DNA from: a virus
DNA length: 64,000 bases
IMG/VR virus record: IMGVR_UViG_3300013014_000020
Coordinates: 1 to 64,000 of that record
Strand: one strand, 5' to 3'
The position numbers and the translations under genes are program-made. Shown here one piece after another: positions 24,882 to 34,949 of the stretch. The notes below the pieces were generated by a model that ran no database searches, was not told where the DNA came from, and saw only the letters and a list, made by a program, of their open reading frames with translations. The stretch's first letter is position 1, and each line of letters opens with the position of its first letter.

Positions 24882-27800
24882 TATCCTTCGGTGTTAATGT
24901 AAACTTTTATAAACTTATCAATAGCCGTATTTCCATTTGAAAGTCCGAAATAGAAATGGTATGGTGCTCCAACTAAAACACTTTGGTTTGGTAATCCGTT
25001 TACAACACCGTTAGGTAGTATTTCTGGATTGTCAGTAGAATCAAAGTTTGTTATGAATCCAAAATTTTCAAGGTTATTTGATTTTCTAAAATATGGATCT
25101 GTGTTAAAATCTAAATCTTGATAGTTTTTACTAAAAAATCCACCGTTTGATAAAACTTGAGTGTCCCAGTTGTTGTCTTCGGTACCAAAAATACTATTTG
25201 TTGGTCCTGTAATTCTCCACAAATAATGTGGTACATTCTGGTCAGATGGATAGCCATAATAACTAAATACACCACCACACTTATAACTTAAAGCTTCAAT
25301 ACCCGGTGATAATTTTCTTCTATAACTATAGTCTTCGGTAGATGATGAAAAGAAAATACCAAATACAGGTTTTGCGTCTGGTGTTGCATCTGAACCAATG
25401 TATAAGAAATTATTAGGGTAATTTTCTTCAATATATGGACTAACTCTCCATTCAGAATTTATCGATAACGCTTGTGCGATATCACCATCAATTCTTTCAG
25501 CTTTTCTTGAGCTATTAAAAAATTGTACAATTCCTTTACCTTCTGATGAACCACCACTTGGGCTTCCAATTGGTATGATTTGATCCCAAACTGACGCGTT
25601 AAGTAGTCTTGAAATAAAACTCATTTGTAGTAAATCTGAATTATCTTGGTAGGATGTTGACTTTATTTGGTCAACAAGATATCCATTAAAATCTGGGTCA
25701 TTACATATTTGACTAATAAACTTATCTCTAGGTCCCATATCCATTACTGTTGTTGGGAATTGGATTCGTTTTGTGTTATACCCTAAACCAGGAAAATCAT
25801 TTATTAAGTCTGATGGCCAAGACTGACTTGGTGTTGGTGATTCAACACCAATAAAACTATTGCCATTCCAGGGTGAAGACCTATAATAAAAACCATTAGT
25901 TAATTCGTTATAAACTATAGTGTCTTGACAGTACTTATATTGTGGTTCGTCTGGTTGTGCTAAATTAAATTTGGTTGTTTTATTAAATGTAAACATATAT
26001 AAAACGCCATTAATCCAGTTGTTTTGGAATGTTTGAGAAAACACACCTCTACAGGCTGCGAAATTTAATGTAAATCTTGTTTTCCATTCAAGAAGTAATC
26101 TGCCATCGGCTGGAAACTGAAGTAAAAAAGTTTTATTTAATAAACAATAACAACCTCTAACCATTCTATCATCTGGTATATCGCAATTAGGATTTATGCT
26201 AATATTTGTACCACTACCTTGGTAACATTCAAGTGGTCTCATATTTTCACAACTTAATGTTGATGTTAGACCTTGTACCAAGTCTGACTCATCATAAACC
26301 GTTTGACCGGCTGAAGGATCTGGAGCAAAAGATATTGTTGGTGAAGATTGTCCTTGTGCTCCAAAATATTGGAAATTACTATTTTGATGTAACGCATAAC
26401 TTGTTTCTCCGTAATTTTCTTCAGTTCTTGTTGATGTTGGTAATCTATCGCTTCTCATAACAAGATATTGTGGTTGTCCAGGTGTTTGATCAACTGTAAA
26501 CACTATCGGTGTTGGGTTGTACTTGTAATAAGCCGGAGAATAAACAGCGTATTTAGTAAGTCCTACAGAATATTGGTCATTATTATTACCAAAAACTTGA
26601 GTCATAGTTTGAGGATTATATAGTTGTCCTGCTGGTGAATTTGATGCGGTAAATGAACCTCCAGCAAAATAATAATTTAAAGTAGATTGTGATAAAGTTA
26701 CGTGATATGGTGTATTTGTTGCGTCAAATATTGTTGGTAAAACTGATGCTCTTCCGTTTGAATTACTTAGTATTATATCTTGGTTTGGACTTAACAAAGA
26801 TATTGTTTGGAAAGTCAGTAGTGGTGATGGTTTGTATCCACTTGCAATTGATTCATCTGGACATAAATAATAAAAAGGTAATGTTGATGTGAAACCAGTA
26901 AATTCGTTACAAGTGACACCACTTACTGTGTATGTTTCACCAATTCTAAAATTATATGGTTCAAAAAATAAATCTGGCGCTGAATCGTTTTGTGAAATAA
27001 TATGTGTTGTTGGTTTTACACCTGTTGCTTGTATTGGTATATTCAAATAATATTCACCCTCAACAATTGGTCCTTGACCAAAAGACTTACCAAAAATTCT
27101 AGATAAATCGTATTTATTTTTTTGTTTTGGTGAATGTGGGTCAACACCTCTAGTAATGATTAAAACTTCTAAATTACCAAATTGGGAAATATCTTCAACA
27201 ATGTTGTTAAATGTTGAATACTGGTAATTATTTGCTGGTGGTGGTCCTTGTGTTAAATTACAATCACCATCTTGATAAACAAAAACAGCATCGTGTTTTA
27301 GATATTTGTAAGGAAAATAATTTACGTTTGTAAAACTTGCAAGACCATTAAATTGATTGTATGTATATCCGGAAATTAATTGGAAGTATTCTAAATCTAT
27401 ATTGTACTGTAAATAATTTTCACTTTCACCAGAATAGAATAGTTCATATTGTACTGATTGGGAGTTGGTTGGTGTTGTTGCATAACTTAAATTTGTAATA
27501 CTAATACCTGTTGTTGTTAAACCGGTAACGGCATTATTCCCAAATTGATTTTCACCAAAATTATTACCATCGTGAAAAGTTGCACCACTTAAATTTGGGT
27601 TACATAATGAAATTACCCCGTCTTGGAATGTAAATAATTTACCACTACCGATTTGACTTGCGGTTCCAGCTTTTGCTAATATTACTAATACTTGGTCATT
27701 ATGTTTTGTATTTTGATTATTTGTACTTGTCGTGTTAAAAGTAGCTTCAATTTGATTCACACCATCAAAATATTTTTGTCTTAAATTAAATTCGTTTAAT

Positions 27801-30502
27801 TTTTGTGAATATGTTTCTGTATATGGTTTTGCAAAAAATCTCCAGGCTTGACCACTATATTCTTGTGCTGATAATAAGAAATGATTTGGTGCGTGTAGGA
27901 ATGTTTTATCTGGAACACCATAATAATCATTTCCAACATCAAGTGATTCACTACCACTTAATAGTCTTTGATACCCAAGAGTTGCGGCAATAATAACATT
28001 TGTGTCTATCCATTGTTCTCCGATTGAATAACTTAAGGATTTATGTCCACAGTAAGGTATATTCCAAACTAACGATGAATTACAATTAAATGGTGGGACT
28101 GTACAACTAAGTCCATTATAATAATAAAACCCACCAGTTGGTTCGTTTTGTGGGCTATTTTGACTAACATTTGGATGTGATAGTGTTGGGTATGAAGATG
28201 GTAGATTAATTGGGGCGATAAAAGAATTATCCGTTATTGCTGTTGTTGGTATACCTTGTGGTAAATTAGCACCATTAACTTGTGATTGGGCGTCTGATAT
28301 TCCTTGATTAACACTTGATTCTGTTATATTATTTGCCTCTGAAAAATCAGCATTACCACATTCACAATCACACGCAGTACAATCAGGGTATGATAACATT
28401 GGTAACCCAAGTCTTGGGAAGTTATCGATATTTATTAAATATTTCAATGTAAAAGCGGTAAAAGCAATACCTGCTCCAACCATAAATAACACTTTTGCAC
28501 CTTGTTTTATAATTTGTAAAATTGTTGCAACAGAAATTACTGGGCCACCTAAGTTTGCATCACCAATTGATGCTATGTAGTAATATAAATCAATACCGGC
28601 ATCAACACCAAGATATGTTATGTAAAAGCCTAAAAAGATCAACAAGTATTTAAGTACTGGCCAAATAAATGCAATTAAATGTGCAACAAATAATAAAGGA
28701 ATAAAAACAAGAGGTGCAAGTATTGATAAAAATAAATTAAAAACAAAAAATAAAAAATCAAAATTTCTTACAACATCATTTACTGGAAATGTATTTGTCT
28801 CCGATTTACAAGTTCTATTATCAATTTCTTTTATACCTAAATGTTTTCCTCTCCCAAGACCTTTTTTATAACGGTCAAGGAACATTGCTGTTGTATATAC
28901 TTTATTGTAATGAAATTCATAAAAACTATCTTCACAATTTATTGCAGCTTGAGGGTCAGTATAATCGTCCCAATCTAAACTAAATGAATATGATTTTAAT
29001 AAATCAAAATAGTCTTGATTAAAGAACTTATAAACAATGTCTGATGGTTGGTTTGGGTCTTCTGGAACCAAAGTTACATTTATAAAATCATTTGGTGTTT
29101 GTGTTGAAATTACTTGGGGATCACCATAATATGGTGTCCAGGGTCCTCCAACACTTGGTCCTACCTCAACAGAATAACTTGATACGTTTACAATTTCTTT
29201 AAAAACTAAACCACTATTTCCAAGTGGACCAAATATAACACTTGTACCTTGTCCAGGTTGTATTGTCCCAGTAAGTAGTTGTACTGTACCAGTTTTAAGT
29301 GGATCATTACTATATGTTGATGTTGTCCATCCGTGTTCTTTTATATTTGGAACAAAGAAATTTGCCCTTTGAAATTCATTTTGTAATCCACCTTCGTTTT
29401 CCCACTTAAATTTAAATCTATATCTTGCCTTTGTTGGAATACCAATTTTTGGGTCGTTTGAAATTGCTTGTTCACCAAATTCATTCGTGTAAACGTATTC
29501 TAGGTTCATTGGTAGATTAACCAAATACGAACCATCTGCATCTATTACTTTTCCATCATTTGGTAGTTTAAACTCTTCAAGTATTGGTAGACCTAAAGCA
29601 TCAACATTAATTGTTTGTCTAATAGATAGTATTTGTCCTGGACCCGCAATTAACTCACAAAGATTTCCAGTATTGTTTTTTGGTTTACAACTTACTCTTA
29701 ACGCATCGTCATCAGTTGTTGATATTATAGAACCAAGAAATACTGATTTTGGTTCAATACTTATATTCGCTTCACTTAAATCAAAATCAACCCTTGTAAT
29801 TCCTAATTGACAAACATCTGTATCACCCCATAATGGTGAGATATCAATAATTTTATTTAATGTTTTTATCTGTGGAAGTTCATTTAGGTTTGTCGATGAC
29901 TTAAAAGTATTTCCATCAACTTGATTTTCTGTTGCAATTCCATTCTGAATTAAATCTTGTGGTGTTAATGAAAAACAACCAATATCCGACAAATCAACAT
30001 CCAAGAACACAGTCTGGGTTCCTAAAGGAATCCCAAAAATCATATAATCACCACTTTCATTTGTTTTGGTTGTAAACTTATAGTATTTGTCATATACTTC
30101 AATATAGGATTGATCTAATAAAACTTCTTCTTTTGTTGGAAAAGTACCTGTTGCTGCGTGACCTACATATGATGGTAGTTTAGGTAACAGATTATATCTA
30201 TAACCATCTTCACTTACATCAGATAAACTTTGATAAGGATATAATTCAGTTATTACTGGGTTATTTTCATCTTCTGGTTGTAACGGTATGAAAATAGAAA
30301 CCCTTGCGTTTGGTAATCCAAAACCACCATTAACAAATACACGACCAACAATAACGCCATAGTCAGAACACTGTCTACTGTAAACCTCACTCTGTAATAT
30401 TTTAAGAGAAAGTATGTTGATTTGGTCAAAATCTTGATCCAGATTAATTTTAATTGATTTGTCAACCCCAACCTGGGTTCTTATTCTATGTGACTTAGGC
30501 AT
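24881..30502 (-). CDS. giant virion protein (1873 aa) with N-terminal prealbumin-like fold and internal hydrophobic helices
   Basis: VIVGRVFVNGGFGLPNARVSIF...TTKTNESGDYMI; long hydrophobic stretch at about aa 580-690. Confidence 0.65.
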   Translation of the reverse strand: MPKSHRIRTQVGVDKSIKINLDQDFDQINILSLKILQSEVYSRQCSDYGVIVGRVFVNGGFGLPNARVSIFIPLQPEDENNPVITELYPYQSLSDVSEDGYRYNLLPKLPSYVGHAATGTFPTKEEVLLDQSYIEVYDKYYKFTTKTNESGDYMIFGIPLGTQTVFLDVDLSDIGCFSLTPQDLIQNGIATENQVDGNTFKSSTNLNELPQIKTLNKIIDISPLWGDTDVCQLGITRVDFDLSEANISIEPKSVFLGSIISTTDDDALRVSCKPKNNTGNLCELIAGPGQILSIRQTINVDALGLPILEEFKLPNDGKVIDADGSYLVNLPMNLEYVYTNEFGEQAISNDPKIGIPTKARYRFKFKWENEGGLQNEFQRANFFVPNIKEHGWTTSTYSNDPLKTGTVQLLTGTIQPGQGTSVIFGPLGNSGLVFKEIVNVSSYSVEVGPSVGGPWTPYYGDPQVISTQTPNDFINVTLVPEDPNQPSDIVYKFFNQDYFDLLKSYSFSLDWDDYTDPQAAINCEDSFYEFHYNKVYTTAMFLDRYKKGLGRGKHLGIKEIDNRTCKSETNTFPVNDVVRNFDFLFFVFNLFLSILAPLVFIPLLFVAHLIAFIWPVLKYLLIFLGFYITYLGVDAGIDLYYYIASIGDANLGGPVISVATILQIIKQGAKVLFMVGAGIAFTAFTLKYLINIDNFPRLGLPMLSYPDCTACDCECGNADFSEANNITESSVNQGISDAQSQVNGANLPQGIPTTAITDNSFIAPINLPSSYPTLSHPNVSQNSPQNEPTGGFYYYNGLSCTVPPFNCNSSLVWNIPYCGHKSLSYSIGEQWIDTNVIIAATLGYQRLLSGSESLDVGNDYYGVPDKTFLHAPNHFLLSAQEYSGQAWRFFAKPYTETYSQKLNEFNLRQKYFDGVNQIEATFNTTSTNNQNTKHNDQVLVILAKAGTASQIGSGKLFTFQDGVISLCNPNLSGATFHDGNNFGENQFGNNAVTGLTTTGISITNLSYATTPTNSQSVQYELFYSGESENYLQYNIDLEYFQLISGYTYNQFNGLASFTNVNYFPYKYLKHDAVFVYQDGDCNLTQGPPPANNYQYSTFNNIVEDISQFGNLEVLIITRGVDPHSPKQKNKYDLSRIFGKSFGQGPIVEGEYYLNIPIQATGVKPTTHIISQNDSAPDLFFEPYNFRIGETYTVSGVTCNEFTGFTSTLPFYYLCPDESIASGYKPSPLLTFQTISLLSPNQDIILSNSNGRASVLPTIFDATNTPYHVTLSQSTLNYYFAGGSFTASNSPAGQLYNPQTMTQVFGNNNDQYSVGLTKYAVYSPAYYKYNPTPIVFTVDQTPGQPQYLVMRSDRLPTSTRTEENYGETSYALHQNSNFQYFGAQGQSSPTISFAPDPSAGQTVYDESDLVQGLTSTLSCENMRPLECYQGSGTNISINPNCDIPDDRMVRGCYCLLNKTFLLQFPADGRLLLEWKTRFTLNFAACRGVFSQTFQNNWINGVLYMFTFNKTTKFNLAQPDEPQYKYCQDTIVYNELTNGFYYRSSPWNGNSFIGVESPTPSQSWPSDLINDFPGLGYNTKRIQFPTTVMDMGPRDKFISQICNDPDFNGYLVDQIKSTSYQDNSDLLQMSFISRLLNASVWDQIIPIGSPSGGSSEGKGIVQFFNSSRKAERIDGDIAQALSINSEWRVSPYIEENYPNNFLYIGSDATPDAKPVFGIFFSSSTEDYSYRRKLSPGIEALSYKCGGVFSYYGYPSDQNVPHYLWRITGPTNSIFGTEDNNWDTQVLSNGGFFSKNYQDLDFNTDPYFRKSNNLENFGFITNFDSTDNPEILPNGVVNGLPNQSVLVGAPYHFYFGLSNGNTAIDKFIKVYINTEG

Positions 30503-30640
30503 TAAATTGTCGTTTTTTCATAAATAGTTTATTTCCTATTTTAGAAAAATAATCTTAATTATAAAAAAGTAAAAGAAACAAAAATTCTTCTTCAGATGTT
30601 AGTTTACCATTAAGTGTTTTAAGATAATCAATTAATCTAT

Positions 30641-30880
30641 TTATCGGTCTTCTTTTTCTTTTGACCATCTTTTTGAAACGTCGTTTCTTAATTTCATACC
30701 ACTTTCTAATTCGTCAGCAATTTGTCTTAACATAAAAACTTTAGATTCTTGTGATTCATATGAATCCCGTAAAAGGTCTTTTATATTGTTATAAAGTAGA
30801 TTTTTATCTTTGTCTTCTTTTAATGTTTTTCTAACAATTCTTAACAAATCTGATTCACTAAGTCTTATAACCTTTTTCAT
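30641..30880 (-). CDS. small protein with N-terminal IRLSESDLLRIV motif
   Basis: 79-aa ORF preceded by TATTTATA at 30891-30898. Confidence 0.7.
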   Translation of the reverse strand: MKKVIRLSESDLLRIVRKTLKEDKDKNLLYNNIKDLLRDSYESQESKVFMLRQIADELESGMKLRNDVSKRWSKEKEDR

Positions 30881-30906
30881 ATTTTTTTATTATAAATACT
30901 TTGTTA

Positions 30907-32745
30907 TTAAGAAAAGTTAATTCCTTTAAAGTTTAAAACTCTAACATTAATATCTTTATTTGGAAATCTAATTTGATACATTTGAGTTGGTTCTGCAAAT
31001 ATTGTATCAGCAATTAATTCTATTTGTCTTGTTGATGGGTCAATATATCTTTGTGATGTTTGTGATGACGAGTACTGACCACCAACTTTATTAAAGAATT
31101 GTACGTCAGATATACTTATAACACCATCTAAATTTTGAATCCGTTTTCTAATTTCAGAAATATATATATTTTCACCCATTTGTCTATTAGCTGGTGAAAA
31201 ATATTGGGTTATTATATCTATAATTTGTGTAACAATTGTTCCTTGATTTTGACTTGCATCTAAAACAACATCAACATTTGTACTTAAATCAATAACATTA
31301 GCACTTTCAACAGAAATATAATCGTTAATCATTCTGTAATTTGATAGGTAATTAGCAATATTCTGTTTTAGTGTATTGGATGTTATTTCTGTCAGTTTTC
31401 CATCACTATCATAAGATAATAATTTAATCTTAATTTTATTATTTTCTTCTGTGATTGTAACTTTAGCTGGTGCACCAAATTGTGAAGGCATTGTTCTAAT
31501 AATTGATTCATAATCATTAATTGTAACGGCTCTATTTTGTGCTGAAAAGTTAAACGATACCATTTGTCTTACTTCTTCAGTCGATGGATTGTTTGCACCA
31601 CCAATTGCCGCTGTAACGTTATTACATCTTAAAGAATTGATAACACTTCTATTAACGTTATCTGAAGGGCCATTAACCGCAAAATTAACAGTTCCAATTT
31701 GACTAATCACATTTATACCTAAATTTGTATTACTACCCCCTCCAACCCTATATTGTATAAACATTGTTGTGTTAGGTTTTAAAGCACTACCTAATGTTAG
31801 ATTATTTGTGTATTTTGATAAATCAAATGAAAGACCGTCTCTTGCAAATTCTCTTAATTGATCCTCAGCTGAAGTATTACCACCACCAAATGTCATTTTA
31901 AAGAATCCTTCTGGTGTATATTCGGTTATAAATTTATCTGTTGTTGTAACATATTTTCCAACCTTAATGCCTGGGCTATCAGATGTTTTTGTTGGGTCTT
32001 CGATAAAAACTCTATCCTCCATTAAAGCTTGAACTTCATACCACCTATTATTTTGTCCAAGAAATTCTTGAGTTGGTGGTATTGTTACATATTGTGTTCC
32101 TTCTTTTATTAGTACACTTGTTATACCTAATACATTTTTTTCCGGTAAAAATAATTCATAAAAAGGTCTAACGTCATTAGGTGTTACAACTTTTTTAAAT
32201 ACCTTTGTTACACCATTAACAACAACTTCACGTTTAATAATTGTGTAGTTTATTATTTTTCCGTTTGAATCAAAATTAGGTATTTTTAATCGATTTGGTG
32301 AGCCCTCGGCATTTACAGCGGATGAAAAATCAATATCATAAACAGTTTCAAATGGTTGTCCGGCGCCAAGAACTTGCGCTCCTCTTCTTAATACACCACA
32401 GTAACTTAAATTTTCTTTATCACCAAAGGCTGGTACTGTGATTGAAAAATCAACAAGTGCGACGGAAGGTCTTTGTCCCGGAATTTTTAAACCGTAAGTC
32501 CTTGCGATATTAAAAACTGAAGATCTTTGTTGTGCATACTGAAGGACAGTCTCTTGGATACTTCTATCAATGTGAAATTGTAGGTTGTCTGTAACGGCGG
32601 CGTTTAAGTCTAAAAACACCGAAAAAATACCGGCGTCGTTAAAGTTTTGTACAAGGTCTGGATAATACTGTCTTGTAAAATTAATAAGTTCGGTTCTTAT
32701 TCCTTGAAAGTCCCTTGTTGTGTACGATATTTTCTTTTCTGCCAT
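30907..32745 (-). CDS. baseplate wedge subunit (T4 gp6 / baseplate J-like)
   Basis: YTTRDFQGIRTEL N-terminus, YRVGGG and QNRAVTINDY motifs; adjacent to gp25-like gene. Confidence 0.88.
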   Translation of the reverse strand: MAEKKISYTTRDFQGIRTELINFTRQYYPDLVQNFNDAGIFSVFLDLNAAVTDNLQFHIDRSIQETVLQYAQQRSSVFNIARTYGLKIPGQRPSVALVDFSITVPAFGDKENLSYCGVLRRGAQVLGAGQPFETVYDIDFSSAVNAEGSPNRLKIPNFDSNGKIINYTIIKREVVVNGVTKVFKKVVTPNDVRPFYELFLPEKNVLGITSVLIKEGTQYVTIPPTQEFLGQNNRWYEVQALMEDRVFIEDPTKTSDSPGIKVGKYVTTTDKFITEYTPEGFFKMTFGGGNTSAEDQLREFARDGLSFDLSKYTNNLTLGSALKPNTTMFIQYRVGGGSNTNLGINVISQIGTVNFAVNGPSDNVNRSVINSLRCNNVTAAIGGANNPSTEEVRQMVSFNFSAQNRAVTINDYESIIRTMPSQFGAPAKVTITEENNKIKIKLLSYDSDGKLTEITSNTLKQNIANYLSNYRMINDYISVESANVIDLSTNVDVVLDASQNQGTIVTQIIDIITQYFSPANRQMGENIYISEIRKRIQNLDGVISISDVQFFNKVGGQYSSSQTSQRYIDPSTRQIELIADTIFAEPTQMYQIRFPNKDINVRVLNFKGINFS

Positions 32746-32749
32746 TTTT

Positions 32750-33211
32750 TTAAATATTAAGTATTACAAAATCACTTGATTCAAAGGCACTATTTGTAAC
32801 CTTATAATCAATTTTTACTCTTGCTGTATATTCTTTTTGTGATAACCCAGGTACACGAAACTCTCTTTGACCTTCTGAATTAATATATGTTGCTCCTGGG
32901 TCTTCTAAATCAGCAGTAGCTTCTTTTATTTCAACATTTGTTACTAAAACACCGGGCATATATCTTCCAACACTATCTCTAATTTCAGATTCAACATCAG
33001 AAAATGTTGGTCCATCTAATGGTTCAAAAATAAATTCATATAATCTTGTTCCAAAATCTGGTAAAAAATACCTAGTTCCTTTCCTTGTTAAAAGTAAGTG
33101 TATTAAATTACTTCTAATTTCATCATCAGCAGTTGGTGTAACACCAAGATACTTACCAAGTGATGATTGTTCAAAGGGAAATGCTAAACCATATGTTGTA
33201 CCGTATGCCAT
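32750..33211 (-). CDS. baseplate wedge protein gp25/GPW family
   Basis: IRSNLIHLLLTRKGTRYFLPDFGTRLYEFIFEP. Confidence 0.92.
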   Translation of the reverse strand: MAYGTTYGLAFPFEQSSLGKYLGVTPTADDEIRSNLIHLLLTRKGTRYFLPDFGTRLYEFIFEPLDGPTFSDVESEIRDSVGRYMPGVLVTNVEIKEATADLEDPGATYINSEGQREFRVPGLSQKEYTARVKIDYKVTNSAFESSDFVILNI

Positions 33212-33261
33212 ATAACATAAATATACATTATAGTGATTTTGAATAAATAATTAAAATCTAT

Positions 33262-34029
33262 TTATAATTGTCTGGCAACTTGATCAATCGCACACCAATG
33301 TGGTTTGTCACACCCTGTTTTTTTTGTACTTGTTGGATTGCTTACAATCCCCAATCCTGCCGCCGCATATGAACCAACCCATACATTACTTTCTGGTAAA
33401 CCTAGTTTTACTGCGGAAGTAACACTTTGTTTTGCTGAAGAATGTGGTTCAATAACATATAAATTATTTAGACTTTTATTAAGTAATTTTAACTTTCTTG
33501 CAAATTTTTCAGAATATGCACAACCAGCACTAAAAAGTAAAACATAACTATTTGGTTCTGACTCTAAAGCTCTTAATGCGTTTTCATTATCTGTATGTGA
33601 ATATCCTTCAACATCAGCATTAATTTTTAAATTGTCACTAACTCTTTTTGTTTGTTTTTTTACTGGTTCGTCACTACTTCTATTATGTAATCCAGAAACA
33701 AATATTACGTTTTTTATTTTACCGTCTTTTTTTTCTTCAGTATCTTTTTCTTCTTTATCTTTAGTGATTTTTACGTCTTTTTTAATATCTTCAATTTTAT
33801 TTTTAATTTCTTTATTTGTTGGTACTTCATCAATTTTAATATCGTCTTTCTTGTCGAAATCAATCCCGGTCAAACCTTTAAACACCTCTTTAGTTTTGTC
33901 TTTAGCTGTTTTATATGAAGACTTTACAAAATCTAAAGCATCATCATACCAAGCTTCGTTTAACACATCATTTTCTGTATATTTTTCAATAATTCTTTTT
34001 AATTGACTTTCTGTGATTTTTATTTTCAT
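33262..34029 (-). CDS. protein with N-terminal ITESQL motif and C-terminal alpha/beta-hydrolase-like domain
   Basis: VIFVSGL, LLFSAGC (nucleophile-elbow-like), VIEP and a C-terminal His. Confidence 0.55.
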   Translation of the reverse strand: MKIKITESQLKRIIEKYTENDVLNEAWYDDALDFVKSSYKTAKDKTKEVFKGLTGIDFDKKDDIKIDEVPTNKEIKNKIEDIKKDVKITKDKEEKDTEEKKDGKIKNVIFVSGLHNRSSDEPVKKQTKRVSDNLKINADVEGYSHTDNENALRALESEPNSYVLLFSAGCAYSEKFARKLKLLNKSLNNLYVIEPHSSAKQSVTSAVKLGLPESNVWVGSYAAAGLGIVSNPTSTKKTGCDKPHWCAIDQVARQL

Positions 34030-34057
34030 AACACTTTTATTTAATAAATATAGTGAT

Positions 34058-34086
34058 AAAAAAAAATCCCTACTTTCGTAAGGATT
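34058..34086 (-). terminator. intrinsic terminator with GAAA tetraloop
   Basis: Minus strand AATCCTTAC-GAAA-GTAGGGATT followed by a T run; overlaps the DUF5522 stop codon. Confidence 0.75.
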
Positions 34087-34297
34087 CTTTTAAATTTGTA
34101 TTACCCCTTTCATATAAGGGTTCGTAGGGACAATGTCTACAATTATTTCCACAGCATTTGCCTCGTTTCATATGAAAAGATTCTGTCATAACAATATTTC
34201 CAGAATCATCTTTATAAAAGTCTTGTTCTGGAGTTTTTTTTGTTGTCTCTTGAACGTATAACTGTTGTACCCAGTCTTTTGATGCGTTTACTGTCAT
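34070..34297 (-). CDS. DUF5522 family Cys-rich small protein
   Basis: FHMKRGKCCGNNCRHCPY. Confidence 0.8.
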   Translation of the reverse strand: MTVNASKDWVQQLYVQETTKKTPEQDFYKDDSGNIVMTESFHMKRGKCCGNNCRHCPYEPLYERGNTNLKESLRK

Positions 34298-34298
34298 T

Positions 34299-34379
34299 TT
34301 AGTTTTGTTTTCTTTGGTTATAGAACGCTAACAATACTTGATATGTTAGCGTTACATTGTTTCCCCAGGTTATTTTCAT
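34299..34379 (-). CDS. possible 26-aa peptide MKITWGNNVTLTYQVLLAFYNQRKQN
   Basis: Translated by hand; fills the gap between the HNH and DUF5522 genes and contains a 10-bp hairpin. Confidence 0.45.
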   Translation of the reverse strand: MKITWGNNVTLTYQVLLAFYNQRKQN

Positions 34380-34383
34380 AATA

Positions 34384-34944
34384 TTAAATATTTTCTTTTT
34401 TATTTTCAACAACTAATTTACATACATTATAAAATTCTTCGTAAGATAAGTCTCTCTTCATAATGTTAACGTTTTTATGAACCCAAACAACATTAGATTT
34501 TTCATAACCAATTTTACTGTCTATTCTTTCTAAAGATGCTGTTTTATCTTTAAATGTTATTGGTAATCCGGTGTAAAAACATTTACCATTTTGTCTATTG
34601 TAAAGTTCGGATATAAACTCAATTGTGAGATTAAAATTTATGTTTCTTAATCTAGCCCCTCTTTCAATTTTTGAAAGTTTCTCTCCTGGAACTTTACCAT
34701 ATCCTTTCCAAGCAGGGTTTTTTTCTTCTTTCAAAGAATTACCACAAACAGAACATTTTTTTGAAGTGCCACTAATCAAATTGTATGCTGGAACATATTT
34801 TTCGGTTTTATCGCACTCTAAACAACGACACAAAACTTTGGCTTCTCTGTCTATTTGTAGTTTTTCCCCAATAACCAACCATTTTCCATATTTTTGTCCT
34901 AACTGAAAAAAATTGTCATATTTACTAATACCTTTACGTCCCAT
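34384..34944 (-). CDS. free-standing HNH (homing) endonuclease
   Basis: N-terminal CLEC/CSVC; CFYTG...ASLERIDSKIGY...NVVWVHKNVNIMK. Confidence 0.82.
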   Translation of the reverse strand: MGRKGISKYDNFFQLGQKYGKWLVIGEKLQIDREAKVLCRCLECDKTEKYVPAYNLISGTSKKCSVCGNSLKEEKNPAWKGYGKVPGEKLSKIERGARLRNINFNLTIEFISELYNRQNGKCFYTGLPITFKDKTASLERIDSKIGYEKSNVVWVHKNVNIMKRDLSYEEFYNVCKLVVENKKENI

Positions 34945-34949
34945 ATATA

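Noticed and set aside
5327-30502. Eukaryotic giant virus origin suggested by Cys/Thr-rich proteins and a plant-like GT
   Set aside because: Sheath, tube, gp25, gp6, overlapping operons and intrinsic terminators are bacteriophage hallmarks
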